Below are positions 1 through 10,155 of a stretch of DNA of 64,000 bases, piece by piece. Origin of the DNA: Oscillospiraceae bacterium (GTDB taxonomy: Bacteria; Bacillota; Clostridia; Oscillospirales; Acutalibacteraceae); the NCBI GenBank assembly GCA_015066525.1, contig SVOG01000014.1, positions 190 through 64,189 of the forward strand, read 5' to 3'. The position numbers and the translations under genes were made by a program. The notes beneath the pieces are model-generated. The model saw only the letters and a program-made list of their open reading frames with translations, did not search any database and was not told the origin of the DNA. Every line of letters begins with the position of its first letter. Position 1 is the first letter of the stretch.

Positions 1-180
1 TTCTTTCGAAATTTTATTTCTGTTCGCTCTGAGTTCATCGGCGCGCACAATCGTCTGGCGGCGCTCCTCATCGAGCGCAATCACCTCGTCAACGTAGCCG
101 AGTTTGTGGTCCTGGAATTTCTTTTTGATATTTTCTTTCACAAGTTCGGGATTTTCCCGCACAAATTTAATGTCAAGCAT
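1..180 (-). CDS. serS: Seryl-tRNA synthetase, N-terminal part (runs off window edge)
   Basis: ATG at 180-178 preceded by GGAGG; translates MLDIKFVRENPELVKENIKKK..., the typical SerRS N-terminus. Confidence 0.9.
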   Translation of the reverse strand, partial: MLDIKFVRENPELVKENIKKKFQDHKLGYVDEVIALDEERRQTIVRADELRANRNKISKE

Positions 181-191
181 ACTATATCCTC

Positions 192-1037
192 CTAATCCTT
201 ATAGATAGCATTTGCAATATTCTTCAAATCATCAAGGGTGTAAAACTCGATTTCGAGCGTGCCCTTATTGCGTCCGTTGTTGACGCGCACCTTTGTGCCG
301 AGCGCCTCGGAAAGTGCAAGCTCCACCTCGTCATAAAAGCTGTCGCGGCGTTTTGCGGTCTTTGTTGAAGTCTTTGCAGTTGGGCGCTTTGCCATTTTCT
401 CGACATCGCGAACGGTAAGTTTCTTTGAAACAATTTGCTCGGCAACCTCCAGCATCAGTGCAGGACTGTCAAAAGCAAGCAGCGCACGAGCGTGACCTGC
501 GCTGATGTCGCCGTTTTTCGTCATTTCGCGTACTTCCTCGGGCAGTCTGAGCAGTCTCAGCGCGTTGGTAATCGCAGGGCGGGATTTGCCGACGGATGCC
601 GCCGCCTCCTCCTGAGTAAAGCCGCATTTGTCAATCAGCGCCTGCAGTCCCTCCGCCTCTTCAATCGGGTTGAGATCCTCGCGCTGTAAGTTTTCAATAA
701 TGGCAATCTGCATTGCCTCGGTATCGTCAAGCTCCTTGACGATGACGGGAACCTCTTTTAGCTCCGCCATTCTCGACGCGCGCCAGCGGCGCTCGCCTGC
801 CACAAGCTGATAGCCGCCCGTCGTCAGCGGTCTGACAAGCAGGGGCTGCAGTACGCCGTGCTGACGGATGGAATCCGCCAACTCCTCGAGAGCCGCCTCG
901 TCAAAGGTTTTTCGCGGCTGGTCCTTATTCGGAATAATGTCGTTAATCGGCAGCGTGCTCGTTGAAAGCGTGCTGTCAACGCTGTTTTCGAGCATCAGCG
1001 CGCCCAAGCCCTTGCCGAGTCCGTTTTTCTTAGCCAT
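192..1037 (-). CDS. parB: Chromosome partitioning protein ParB/Spo0J
   Basis: GLGKGLGAL N-terminus, GERRWRA arginine patch, ENLQREDL, HTH; downstream of parA. Confidence 0.96.
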   Translation of the reverse strand: MAKKNGLGKGLGALMLENSVDSTLSTSTLPINDIIPNKDQPRKTFDEAALEELADSIRQHGVLQPLLVRPLTTGGYQLVAGERRWRASRMAELKEVPVIVKELDDTEAMQIAIIENLQREDLNPIEEAEGLQALIDKCGFTQEEAAASVGKSRPAITNALRLLRLPEEVREMTKNGDISAGHARALLAFDSPALMLEVAEQIVSKKLTVRDVEKMAKRPTAKTSTKTAKRRDSFYDEVELALSEALGTKVRVNNGRNKGTLEIEFYTLDDLKNIANAIYKD

Positions 1038-1075
1038 ATTCTCCTCCGTTAGTTTGTTATGTTTGTCGTGAACAA

Positions 1076-1837
1076 TTAATGTGCCTTTAAGAATTCGTCC
1101 ACGAATTTTTTGTAGGCGAATGAGGGTTTTGAGTATTTTTCGTAATAGATTACAGGCTCGCCGAAGGACGGCGCCTCGGCAATCTTCACGCTGCGGGGTA
1201 TCATCGTCTTGTACGGTTTATTCGGGAAGTATTTATTTACCTCGTCGATAACCTGCTGCGTAAGCTTGAGACGGCTGTCATACATCGTAAAGAGCACGCC
1301 TTCAAGCTCTAAGTGTTCGTTATAGTGCTGTTTGATGGTGCGCACGGTGCTGACAAGCTGTGAAAGTCCCTCGAGCGCATAGTATTCACACTGGAGCGGT
1401 ACAATCAGCGTGTCCGCAGCAACAAGCGCGTTAATTGAAAGGAGTCCCAAACTCGGCGGACAGTCAATAATAATGTAGTCAAACTCCATCACAAGGGTTG
1501 CAAGCGCCTTTTTCAGCGCTTTATTTCTGCCGTCAAGTTCAGCGAGTTCTAACTCCGCACCCGCCAGATTCATATTTGCAGGCAGTAACCATAAATTCTT
1601 AAACTCCGTTTCAACCATAATTGCTCTGGCAGAAACGTCGTTAATGAGGATATCATAAGTGGAATACTCGACGTCGCTCTTATCCACGCCGACACCCGAT
1701 GTGGAGTTTCCCTGCGGGTCAACGTCTACCAGTAGTGTTTTCTTACCCTTTGCGCCGAGCGCGGCAGCCATATTGACACAGGTGGTCGTCTTACCGACGC
1801 CGCCTTTTTGGTTAAATATCGCAACAGTTTTTCCCAT
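1076..1837 (-). CDS. parA: ParA/Soj ATPase
   Basis: Deviant Walker A NQKGGVGKTTT, DPQGN, DCPPSLG motifs. Confidence 0.96.
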   Translation of the reverse strand: MGKTVAIFNQKGGVGKTTTCVNMAAALGAKGKKTLLVDVDPQGNSTSGVGVDKSDVEYSTYDILINDVSARAIMVETEFKNLWLLPANMNLAGAELELAELDGRNKALKKALATLVMEFDYIIIDCPPSLGLLSINALVAADTLIVPLQCEYYALEGLSQLVSTVRTIKQHYNEHLELEGVLFTMYDSRLKLTQQVIDEVNKYFPNKPYKTMIPRSVKIAEAPSFGEPVIYYEKYSKPSFAYKKFVDEFLKAH

Positions 1838-1896
1838 ATGTACACCTCTTTGATAAGATATAATAATTATACTATATTATAAGGTGCATTTCAAGA

Positions 1897-1912
1897 TGTT
1901 TCATGTGAAACA
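1897..1912. promoter_or_regulatory. parS site 1
   Basis: TGTTTCATGTGAAACA, one mismatch to parS palindrome TGTTTCACGTGAAACA, upstream of parAB. Confidence 0.9.
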
Positions 1913-1949
1913 TTGAATAAAACCCGCATTGTTTTTGTGCGTAGCATAA

Positions 1950-1965
1950 TGTTTCACATGAAACA
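1950..1965. promoter_or_regulatory. parS site 2
   Basis: TGTTTCACATGAAACA, reverse complement of site 1. Confidence 0.9.
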
Positions 1966-2046
1966 TAAAAACACAGAACGAGCAGACCGAAGTCTGCTCG
2001 TCCCGTGTGATGAAAAGAGGAGAATATGTTAAAACGGTTTCCCGTT

Positions 2047-2865
2047 TTAAGCCGAATTTGCTTTCAGCACCTTGAGCGTCGGCTCGTTGATGCCGGTTTT
2101 GGGTATCTTGACCCTGAATTCAATATAATCGTCAGTTTCCGTCCTGTCCGTCTCGGCATCAATTCCCGATGCCTTCATTGTCTCAATCGCCTTATTGACA
2201 GTATTGACAAAGATACGCACATCGCGAAATACCCTGACGACATTGCGCTTTGCCTTAACCTTGTTATCGCAGAGCGAATCTATCAATTTTTCGGTTTTTT
2301 CGACATTAAGTCCCTTTTCTTTTATGATGTTGAGTGCTGCCCAGATGTCTTTCTCGCCCTCAAGGCGCAGAAGGGCGCGCGCGTGGCGCTCCGTCAGTCC
2401 TTCTTTTTCGATGAAATAGCGTACATCAACGGGCAATTTCAGTAATCTGAGCTTATTTGACAGGGCGCTCTGACTTTTCGACAGTCTTTTTGCCACCTCC
2501 GTCTGCGTCATACCGAAATGGTCAATCAACTGTCCGATTGCCGCCGCCTCTTCGAAGAAGGACAAATCGCTTCTTTGGACATTCTCGAGAATGGAATATA
2601 CCGCGCTGTGCTCATAGTCACAGTCAAGCTCGATGCACGGCACCTCGGGCACACCCGCGAGAATGGCAGCTCGGAGCCTCCGCTCGCCGGCGACTATCTC
2701 GAAGTAATCGGAATTATTGATTCTGCGAATTAACAGCGGCTGCAGGATGCCATTTTCTTTAATTGAGTCCGCGAGAGAAAGCATATCATCGCTTTCAAAC
2801 TTATGTCGCGGCTGATAGGGGTTAGGAAGCAGCTTTTCCGTCTTTATCAAATTTATATCATTCAA
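2047..2865 (-). CDS. noc: Nucleoid occlusion protein Noc-like ParB paralogue
   Basis: ParB-like PNPYQPR, GERRLRA, ENVQR motifs; canonical position between rsmG and parA; TTG start. Confidence 0.8.
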   Translation of the reverse strand: MNDINLIKTEKLLPNPYQPRHKFESDDMLSLADSIKENGILQPLLIRRINNSDYFEIVAGERRLRAAILAGVPEVPCIELDCDYEHSAVYSILENVQRSDLSFFEEAAAIGQLIDHFGMTQTEVAKRLSKSQSALSNKLRLLKLPVDVRYFIEKEGLTERHARALLRLEGEKDIWAALNIIKEKGLNVEKTEKLIDSLCDNKVKAKRNVVRVFRDVRIFVNTVNKAIETMKASGIDAETDRTETDDYIEFRVKIPKTGINEPTLKVLKANSA

Positions 2866-2967
2866 TCGGACAACCTCCTTACAGCTATAATACTAACATA
2901 AACAATCAAAAAAATAAAGGATTTCTCATCGTGAGAAATCCTTAATGTTCGACATAAACTACTATCG

Positions 2968-3672
2968 CTAAAAGGGATTTGCGGTAATTTTCTTGGCTTT
3001 TCTGGGGTATCTTGTCGGAGTTTGCGATATTTTTTTCACATAAACAATCATTCTTTTGTCCCCGTTCGGCAGTTCATATTGGTATTCTGCCGCGAGTTCG
3101 CCGCCGAGTTCCCTGATTGCCGCCTCTGAGAGTTTGATATCCTCGCCCGTTCCTTTCAGTGCATAGAGCGCACCGCCGACCTTAACGAAGGGGAGCGTGT
3201 ATTCAGCGAGAATGTTCAGCGGCGCAACGGCTCTTGCGGTGGCAATATCAAATGTTTCACGCAAACTCAAGTCCTTGCCGCCGTCCTCGGCTCTCATATG
3301 AACGCAGTTAGCGCTGAGTTTGCAGACATCAAGAACCTTTTGCAGAAAGCTCAGTCTTTTCTGAAGAGAGTCAAGAAGCGTTAACTGAATATCGCCTCGC
3401 GCAATCAGCAGGGGGACGCCGGGAAAACCTGCGCCCGTGCCCACATCAATCACACTGGCGCCCACGCTAATCTGTGCATATTTAAGCAGTTCAAGACTGT
3501 CGACAAAATGCTTTAGGACAATTTCGTCGGGTTTTGTGATTCCCGTTAAGTTCATCACCTTGTTTGTTTCAACAAGCTCCTCTGCGTAAGTGTCAAAGCG
3601 AAGCAGCGCCTCGCTATCAAGCGAAACGCCGATATCATCGGATAAAGTTTTTAATAATTCTTTATTTATCAT
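2968..3672 (-). CDS. rsmG: 16S rRNA m7G527 methyltransferase
   Basis: [24 protein letters not shown] motifs. Confidence 0.96.
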   Translation of the reverse strand: MINKELLKTLSDDIGVSLDSEALLRFDTYAEELVETNKVMNLTGITKPDEIVLKHFVDSLELLKYAQISVGASVIDVGTGAGFPGVPLLIARGDIQLTLLDSLQKRLSFLQKVLDVCKLSANCVHMRAEDGGKDLSLRETFDIATARAVAPLNILAEYTLPFVKVGGALYALKGTGEDIKLSEAAIRELGGELAAEYQYELPNGDKRMIVYVKKISQTPTRYPRKAKKITANPF

Positions 3673-5530
3673 AACTTTCGAGTATAATATTCAGCGCCGT
3701 GATGTCGGCAGGGTTGACGCCGCTGATACGGCTTGCCTGTCCGAGATTCTGCGGACGGATTTTGTCAAGTTTTTCAACCGCTTCAAGACGCAGTCCCCTG
3801 AGCGACGCGTAGTCGATGTCCTCGGGGATTTTCTTGCACTCGATGCGGCGCATTTCGGCAATCTGTGCCTCCTGCTTTTTAATATAACCCTCGTACTTTA
3901 TCATAATCTGCACCTGCTCGAATACCTCATAGGGCAAATCGGGGCGCTCGGTGTCAAATGGTGCGAGGTCATCGTAGGTAATCTGGGGTCTGCGCAGGAG
4001 TTCAAGCATCTTGCATCCCGTTTTGAGCGGCGCGGTGCCGCGGTCAGTCAGCATATGCTGGAGGGCGTCCGAGAGGGGGATGCTCAGATGTTTCACGCGT
4101 TGCATCTCCGCCTTTATCTGTTCCTGCTTTTTGAGGAATTTTTGGTAACGTTCTTCGCTGATAAGTCCGATTTTGTAACCCGTCGGGGTGAGGCGGATAT
4201 CCGCATTATCCTGGCGGAGCACGAGCCGGTACTCGCTACGCGAGGTCATCATTCTGTACGGGTCGGTGCAACCCTTCGTGACGAGGTCGTCAATCAGCGT
4301 ACCGATGTACGAGCCGCCGCGGTCGAGCACAAGCTCGTCCTTGCCCTTGATTTTAAGCGCGGCATTGATACCGGCGACAAGTCCTTGCGCCGCCGCTTCC
4401 TCGTAACCGCTCGAGCCGTTAAACTGACCCGCGCCGTACAATCCCTCAATATCGTTGAACTCGAGTGTCGCTTTCAGCGCCGTCGGGTCGACGCAGTCGT
4501 ACTCAATCGCGTAGGCGGTACGCATAACGACCGCATTTTCGAGTCCGGGGATGGTGTGGATAAAGTCAAGCTGCACATCCTCGGGGAGCGACGACGAAAG
4601 TCCCTGGAGGTACATCTCCTCCGTGTCCTCGCCGCAGGGCTCAATAAAGAGTTGGTGGCGCTCCTTGTCGGAAAAGCGAACGATTTTATCCTCGAAACTC
4701 GGGCAATAGCGCGGACCCTTTCCCTCAATCTTGCCGCTGTACATCGGGGAGCGGTGAAGATTGTCGAGAATAATCTGCTTTGTTTTATCATTGGTATAAG
4801 TGATATAGCACTCGACCTTGTTTGCGGGCGGTGTTTCGGTCTCAAAGGAGAAGGGAACGGTGCGTTCGTCGCCCTTTTGCACCTCGAGATTTGAAAAATC
4901 AACAAATCTTCTGTTCACACGGCTCGGGGTGCCCGTCTTGAAACGGCGCAGGGGGATATCCAGTTTTTTCAGCGCGGTCGCGAGTTTGTTTGACGGAAAC
5001 ATCCCGTCGGGTCCGCTCTCATAGGACACATCGCCGATATAAACCCTGCCGCCGAGGAAGGTGCCCGTCGCGATGATGACCGCCTTTGCGGTGTACTCCG
5101 CATCCAGGCGGGTCACGGCGTGCCATATGCCATCTTCGGTTTTGTATAAGTCGCAGATTTCGCCCTGTCGGATATCGAGATTTTCCTGCAGCTCCAGGGT
5201 GTGTTTCATTCCCGTTGAGTAAGCGCGGCGGTCAATCTGAGCGCGCAGCGAATGAACGGCGGGACCTTTGCCAAGGTTGAGCATCCGGCTCTGGAGGCAG
5301 AATTTGTCCGCCGCCTTGCCCATTTCGCCACCGAGCGCGTCAATTTCGCGGACGAGATGACCTTTGGAGGTACCGCCGATGGAGGGGTTACAGGGCATAT
5401 TGCCCACCCAGTCGAGATTAATCGTAAACACGGCAGTGCTCACGCCAAGGCGTGCCGAAGCAAGGGCAGCCTCAATGCCTGCGTGCCCCGCGCCTATCAC
5501 AATAACTTCATAATGTCCTGCTTTGTACAT
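3662..5530 (-). CDS. mnmG: tRNA uridine 5-carboxymethylaminomethyl modification enzyme GidA
   Basis: GAGHAG FAD motif, [25 protein letters not shown]. Confidence 0.98.
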   Translation of the reverse strand: MYKAGHYEVIVIGAGHAGIEAALASARLGVSTAVFTINLDWVGNMPCNPSIGGTSKGHLVREIDALGGEMGKAADKFCLQSRMLNLGKGPAVHSLRAQIDRRAYSTGMKHTLELQENLDIRQGEICDLYKTEDGIWHAVTRLDAEYTAKAVIIATGTFLGGRVYIGDVSYESGPDGMFPSNKLATALKKLDIPLRRFKTGTPSRVNRRFVDFSNLEVQKGDERTVPFSFETETPPANKVECYITYTNDKTKQIILDNLHRSPMYSGKIEGKGPRYCPSFEDKIVRFSDKERHQLFIEPCGEDTEEMYLQGLSSSLPEDVQLDFIHTIPGLENAVVMRTAYAIEYDCVDPTALKATLEFNDIEGLYGAGQFNGSSGYEEAAAQGLVAGINAALKIKGKDELVLDRGGSYIGTLIDDLVTKGCTDPYRMMTSRSEYRLVLRQDNADIRLTPTGYKIGLISEERYQKFLKKQEQIKAEMQRVKHLSIPLSDALQHMLTDRGTAPLKTGCKMLELLRRPQITYDDLAPFDTERPDLPYEVFEQVQIMIKYEGYIKKQEAQIAEMRRIECKKIPEDIDYASLRGLRLEAVEKLDKIRPQNLGQASRISGVNPADITALNIILESYDK

Positions 5531-5542
5531 ATGTATATACCT

Positions 5543-5649
5543 AATGATGAGCTATAAATGATGAATTATGAATGAATGACGGGCTTCGCCCGTACCCGAT
5601 TTTATGATGGGTGTGGACAACGCCCACCCTCAATTCATCATTCATCATT
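5543..5649. repeat. Heptamer-repeat/hairpin intergenic element (ATGAATK arms in inverted orientation)
   Basis: ATGATGAATTATGAATGAATG arm, hairpins ACGGGC-TTC-GCCCGT and GGGTGTGG..CCACCC, then CAATTCATCATTCATCATT arm; begins at the mnmE stop. Confidence 0.75.
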
Positions 5650-7010
5650 TATTTTCCCACACAAAACTTTGAAAAGATATGATTGACCACCTCGGCGCTT
5701 GCTTTCTTGCCCGTAAGGGAAAGGAGTTCCTCCGCCGCTGCGTCAATCATCACATTAATCGCGTCATAGGTGACGCCGAGTGCCGCGCCGTCAAGCGCCT
5801 CGTTGATGGAGGCGAGCGCGTTTTCGCAGTGCTGCTTCTGTCTCAAATTCGCAAGCAGGGGAGCGCTGCTGTCAAAATCAGCGGTGCCGAGGAGTGAGGT
5901 CACGGCTGCTTCGAGCGCGTCGAGCCCCTCGTCATTCTTTGCGCTGATATAAACGGTTTTGTCAAAGGTGCTTTCGATTCTGTTCGTGTCGAGCACACTC
6001 TTAAGGTCGGTCTTGTTGACGACTGCCACGGTGCGCCTGTCCGCGCAGCGTTTCATCAGTTCCTCATCCTCGTCGGTCAGCGCCGCCGAGGCATCAAAGA
6101 CGGCGAGCACGAGTTGCGCGTTTTCGAGTGCCTTGTACGCCTTTTCGATACCGATGTTTTCCACAACATCGCCCGACTCGCGCAGTCCTGCGGTGTCTTT
6201 GAGGTGAAGAACGATGCCGCCGAGACGGACATTCTCTTCCACGATGTCGCGGGTGGTGCCCTCGATATGGGTCACGATACTCTTGTCCGTTCCCGTGAGC
6301 ATATTCATCAGACTGGATTTGCCCACATTCGGGCGACCCGCAATAACGGTGTCGACACCCGCTTTTACCACCTGCCCGCTATCGTAACTGTCGAGCAGAT
6401 TTTTTAGTTCGCCCTGACAAAACTGAAGCGTGTTCAGCAGTTCGCCGTCGGTGAGTTCGGGAATTTCCTCGTCGGGATAATCGACCCATGCCGCCATAGT
6501 CGACGAGGCGTCGAGCAGTTTTTCGAGTACGGCATTGATGCTTGTGCTCAGTCTGCCGTGAAGGGCGGCGTACGAGGCTTTGAGTTCCTCTTCGCCCTCG
6601 GCGGAAATGATATCGGCAACCGATTCCGCCTGGGTTAAATCCATTTTGCCGTTCAGAAAGGCGCGTTTGGTAAACTCGCCCGCCGCTGCGGGCACAGCAC
6701 CCGCGGCAAAGACAGCATCGAGCGTCTCGCTCACGGAGAGGAGACCGCCGTGCACGGAGAGTTCGACCACATCCTCGCCCGTATAGCTTTTGGGCGCACG
6801 GAAAACAAGCGCAACGGCATCGTCCCGCTGCCTGCCGTCGATGACGATGCTGCCGAATTTTGCACGGTAGCCGCCGAGGTCAGTGAGCGGGGATTTATCC
6901 CTGCACTGAAATACACTGTCTGCAATTTTTACGGCGTCCTGTCCGCTGATGCGGATAACGCCGATACCGCCCGGCGCATTACCGGTGGATATTGCCGCGA
7001 TAGTTGTCAT
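5649..7010 (-). CDS. mnmE: tRNA modification GTPase TrmE
   Basis: TIAAIST, SYTGED, GRPNVGKSS, GTTRD, C-terminal FCVGK. Confidence 0.98.
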   Translation of the reverse strand: MTTIAAISTGNAPGGIGVIRISGQDAVKIADSVFQCRDKSPLTDLGGYRAKFGSIVIDGRQRDDAVALVFRAPKSYTGEDVVELSVHGGLLSVSETLDAVFAAGAVPAAAGEFTKRAFLNGKMDLTQAESVADIISAEGEEELKASYAALHGRLSTSINAVLEKLLDASSTMAAWVDYPDEEIPELTDGELLNTLQFCQGELKNLLDSYDSGQVVKAGVDTVIAGRPNVGKSSLMNMLTGTDKSIVTHIEGTTRDIVEENVRLGGIVLHLKDTAGLRESGDVVENIGIEKAYKALENAQLVLAVFDASAALTDEDEELMKRCADRRTVAVVNKTDLKSVLDTNRIESTFDKTVYISAKNDEGLDALEAAVTSLLGTADFDSSAPLLANLRQKQHCENALASINEALDGAALGVTYDAINVMIDAAAEELLSLTGKKASAEVVNHIFSKFCVGK

Positions 7011-7031
7011 ATAAAATCTCCAAACCTATTT

Positions 7032-7076
7032 GCCTCCCCCTTTGGGGAAGGGGGATCGCTTGCGGTGGATGAGGGG
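7032..7076. repeat. REP-like palindromic repeat (CCCC..GGGGAAG / GATGAGGGG family)
   Basis: GCCTCCCCCTTTGGGGAAGGGGGATCGCTTGCGGTGGATGAGGGG; near-identical inverted copy at 17187-17232. Confidence 0.8.
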
Positions 7077-7144
7077 CAAAACGAAAAAGGCTGATTCTCT
7101 ACCCGTCAATTCAAAAAGGCGAACGCAGAGCGTTCGCCTAATTC

Positions 7145-8098
7145 TTAGTCCTTGTTAAGCTCTATCTTTCCGTATTTCGGAAGATCCGCTCTGTCCTTTT
7201 TGGGGGTGTAGTCAGCGGGCTTTGTCGTAACAGCGGCGCTCTTCTGCGGCGCTCTGCCGCCCCTGCCTCTGTTCTGTCTCGGCTTGACGCCGCCGACGGG
7301 CTCGATGACGACACGTCTGTCCTGGTTGTAACCGATTGAGCGGCTCTCAACGCCTTCAATCTCCTGGACTGCGGTGTGGATAATTCTTCTCTCGTACGGA
7401 TTCATCGGCTCAAAAGTATATCTCTTGCCCGTTCTGAGTACATACTGAGAATTCTTATCTGCGAGGTGTCTCAAGGTCTCGTTTCTCTTCTCGCGGTAGT
7501 TGCCTACATTGATGGCAACTCTGACATAGCTGCCCGAGCTCTTCTTCATCGCAAGGGAGAGAAGGTACTGGATGGAGTCGAGGGTTTCGCCTCTTCTGCC
7601 GATGATGATACCGTAATCCTCACAGTCAATTTCCATTGTCACAACGCCCTCTTCGTAGGTGGCGCTGATTTTTGCATCCTTGACATCAAGTCCCTTCACA
7701 ATCTCAGCGAGGTAGCTCTTTGCGTACTCGAGGTCAACGCTCTTGGGGAAATCCTTTTCCTTCTTGGGCTGCGCCTCTTTCTTCGGCTGGGGTGCTGCCT
7801 TTTGCTCGGACTGCTTAGCGGGTTTGGCGTCCTTTTTGGGCTCTGCCTTTTTGCCCGCGGGCTTGTTATTCTTTTTATTCTGCTTCTTTGAAGCTTTCTG
7901 TTCCTTTACCCCGTCGTCATAATATGCCCTTGCTTTGGCATCCGAGCCGCCGAAAAGTCCGAGAATTTTCTTCTTGGGCATTTCGAGGATTTCGGTTTTG
8001 ACGTCGAGTTCAAACTTCGCAGGAGCATTCAGACCGGCTTTTGCATTGGAAATGGCTTCCATTTCGGTTTTGCCGGTAGCGATAAATTCCTTTATCAT
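7145..8098 (-). CDS. jag: RNA-binding protein Jag/EloR (KH + R3H)
   Basis: Jag N-domain KKILGLFG, KH IIGRRGETLDSIQ, R3H ERRIIH; follows yidC. Confidence 0.95.
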   Translation of the reverse strand: MIKEFIATGKTEMEAISNAKAGLNAPAKFELDVKTEILEMPKKKILGLFGGSDAKARAYYDDGVKEQKASKKQNKKNNKPAGKKAEPKKDAKPAKQSEQKAAPQPKKEAQPKKEKDFPKSVDLEYAKSYLAEIVKGLDVKDAKISATYEEGVVTMEIDCEDYGIIIGRRGETLDSIQYLLSLAMKKSSGSYVRVAINVGNYREKRNETLRHLADKNSQYVLRTGKRYTFEPMNPYERRIIHTAVQEIEGVESRSIGYNQDRRVVIEPVGGVKPRQNRGRGGRAPQKSAAVTTKPADYTPKKDRADLPKYGKIELNKD

Positions 8099-8112
8099 AA
8101 ATCCTCCGATAT

Positions 8113-9117
8113 TTACTTTACATTTTTAATGCTTTCTTCCCTGGAGCGTCTTTCGATGGTGTTTTCAACCATCTGGCGCGCGATGTTGCGCCTCGGGGGG
8201 AAGAATTTTGCCATCACGAGCTGCTGCACGATTGCTACCAGGTTTGAAATAATCCAGTAGAAACCGACCGCTGCCGATACCTGGAATGCGATGTAGAATG
8301 AAAACAGCGGCATCATCAGCATCATCATAATCATCTGGCCCTGCTGCTGACCCATCGCGGGATTATTCTTCTTCTGAATCAGGGTCGAAACGATGGTCGA
8401 ACCGATTGAGGTCACGAGACACAGAATCGGAATCAGCACGATAATGCCGTCCTTCCAATGCGGAATCTGGGTCATATCAATCGAGCCGATGTACATATGC
8501 TGTTTGTAGTTTTCGATGGCAGCGATTTTATCCGCGGTAAAGAGTTTCGGGAATTCGGTCGCAAGGGTATCCTTGTACTGCGCGAAATTCTGGAGAATCT
8601 CAATCTGGAAATATCTGCCGTCGATACTCAGCGCTTTGGCAATAGCATCTGCGTTTGAGGCTATATCAACGCCGAGAATATACTGAATCGGATAGTAGAT
8701 AATACCGATAATACCCATGAGGAATATCATCTGAAACGCCATCGGTCCGCAGCCCATATTCATCGGGTTGTGTCCCTCGCGTGCGTAGAGCGCCTGCATT
8801 TCCTCCTGCATCGCCTGGTTTGCTTTCTGGCGCTGCTTGGGGTCGGTTATTGCGTTGACATTGTACTTTTTCTGAATTTTCTGGATTTTCGGCTGAATTC
8901 GGTTTGTCTTCGCCATGGTTTTTTGCTGCTTGAGGTTAAACGGAAACAGCACAAGTCGGGTAAGAATGGTAAAGACGATAAGCGCGAGGAAATACTTATT
9001 ATCGAATACGATAAGAAGTCCCTCCATACATTTACCGAAAAGCCAGTAAAGCGGCTTGAAAAGCGCCATTCCGTTATTGACACCTTTGGCAGCCATCGTA
9101 ATAAAATCAATATACAC
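8113..9117 (-). CDS. yidC: Membrane protein insertase YidC/SpoIIIJ
   Basis: TRLVLFP..QQK, MGCGP, GFYWIISN; synteny with rnpA-yidD-jag. Confidence 0.93.
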   Translation of the reverse strand: MYIDFITMAAKGVNNGMALFKPLYWLFGKCMEGLLIVFDNKYFLALIVFTILTRLVLFPFNLKQQKTMAKTNRIQPKIQKIQKKYNVNAITDPKQRQKANQAMQEEMQALYAREGHNPMNMGCGPMAFQMIFLMGIIGIIYYPIQYILGVDIASNADAIAKALSIDGRYFQIEILQNFAQYKDTLATEFPKLFTADKIAAIENYKQHMYIGSIDMTQIPHWKDGIIVLIPILCLVTSIGSTIVSTLIQKKNNPAMGQQQGQMIMMMLMMPLFSFYIAFQVSAAVGFYWIISNLVAIVQQLVMAKFFPPRRNIARQMVENTIERRSREESIKNVK

Positions 9118-9118
9118 T

Positions 9119-9400
9119 TTACTTCGTCCTCTTGTTTTCTTTTTTGGGGGGTACGGGGTCGTAGCCGCCCTTGAAGAGCGGATTGCACCTCATAATGCGA
9201 AGTATAGCGAGAGCGCTACCCTTAAGAACGCCGTGAATCTGCACGGCTTCGAGCGCATATTGTGAGCAGGTCGGGGTGTAGCGGCACGCGCCGTGCGAAA
9301 AACGCGGCGAGAGTGTCAGCTGATAGGTGCGAATCAAAAACACCACCGTCTTCTTTGCAAAATCCTTAATCATTTGCATCGGTAACACCCAGTTTCTCAA
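9119..9400 (-). CDS. yidD: Membrane protein insertion efficiency factor (true start probably a downstream Met)
   Basis: YQLTLSP, CRYTPTCSQY, RCNPLFKGGYDPVP. Confidence 0.93.
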   Translation of the reverse strand: MRNWVLPMQMIKDFAKKTVVFLIRTYQLTLSPRFSHGACRYTPTCSQYALEAVQIHGVLKGSALAILRIMRCNPLFKGGYDPVPPKKENKRTK

Positions 9401-9707
9401 AATGCGCGGTCATCTCCTGCAGCACGCGCTGCATCTTGACCTTGCTTGTCCTGCTCCTTGCAACGAATACGATATCCCAGTTGCCGCCGATATTGCCCTC
9501 AAGTTCGGCGAGTGCGGCACGGATGACGCGGCGCGAGCGGTTGCGCTCGACGGCGCCGCCGATTTTCTTTGAGGTGGTGATGCCGTAATGCACGCCCGGA
9601 GTCCTCGATTTCATCGCGTAGGTCACAAGGCAGGGCGAGGCAATACTCTTGCCCCGATAATAAAGCCTGCGAAAATCCTTGTTTTGTTTTAGGGTTTGAC
9701 TCTTCAC
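9366..9707 (-). CDS. rnpA: Ribonuclease P protein component
   Basis: LKQNKDF, SKKIGGAVERNRSRR RNR motif; GTG start. Confidence 0.96.
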   Translation of the reverse strand: MKSQTLKQNKDFRRLYYRGKSIASPCLVTYAMKSRTPGVHYGITTSKKIGGAVERNRSRRVIRAALAELEGNIGGNWDIVFVARSRTSKVKMQRVLQEMTAHFEKLGVTDAND

Positions 9708-9738
9708 AAAAAACCCCCGCTTAACCGTTATCAGTCAA

Positions 9739-9873
9739 TTAGTAAGAAAGTCTTTTTCTGCCCTTCGCTCTGCGGCGAGCAAGTACCTTTCTACCGTTTC
9801 TGGTCGACATTCTCTTTCTGAAGCCGTGCACCTTCTGTGCATGTCTCTTCTTGGGCTGGAAGGTTCTTTTCAT
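9739..9873 (-). CDS. rpmH: 50S ribosomal protein L34 (not in ORF track)
   Basis: [53 protein letters not shown]. Confidence 0.98.
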   Translation of the reverse strand: MKRTFQPKKRHAQKVHGFRKRMSTRNGRKVLARRRAKGRKRLSY

Positions 9874-10030
9874 CTTTTTCACTCCTTATCAAAGATTAAA
9901 CTGGTCTTAATCTATCTGTTCTCTATGCGGTATAGCATAGGCATGTAAAAATTGAGAATTGAAAACGGAGAATTGGGCATCATCCGTTTTCCGTTCGCTG
10001 CTATGCAAAGTTACACTGACAGCGTTAGAT

Positions 10031-10059
10031 ATTATATTAAATAATAAGCATTTTGTCAA
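10031..10059 (-). promoter_or_regulatory. Sigma-A promoter for the rpmH operon
   Basis: TTGACA-N17-TATAAT on minus strand. Confidence 0.75.
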
Positions 10060-10155
10060 CTAAAACTTGTATTTATTCATTATTTATATTATAATACTCT
10101 ATATATTGCGTTTGCAGTAAAATTCAACAACTAATTAGCAAGGGAGAACTCCGTT

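Noticed and set aside
2047-2865. Second ParB gene as a novel partition system
   Set aside because: Standard noc/yyaA position in Firmicutes
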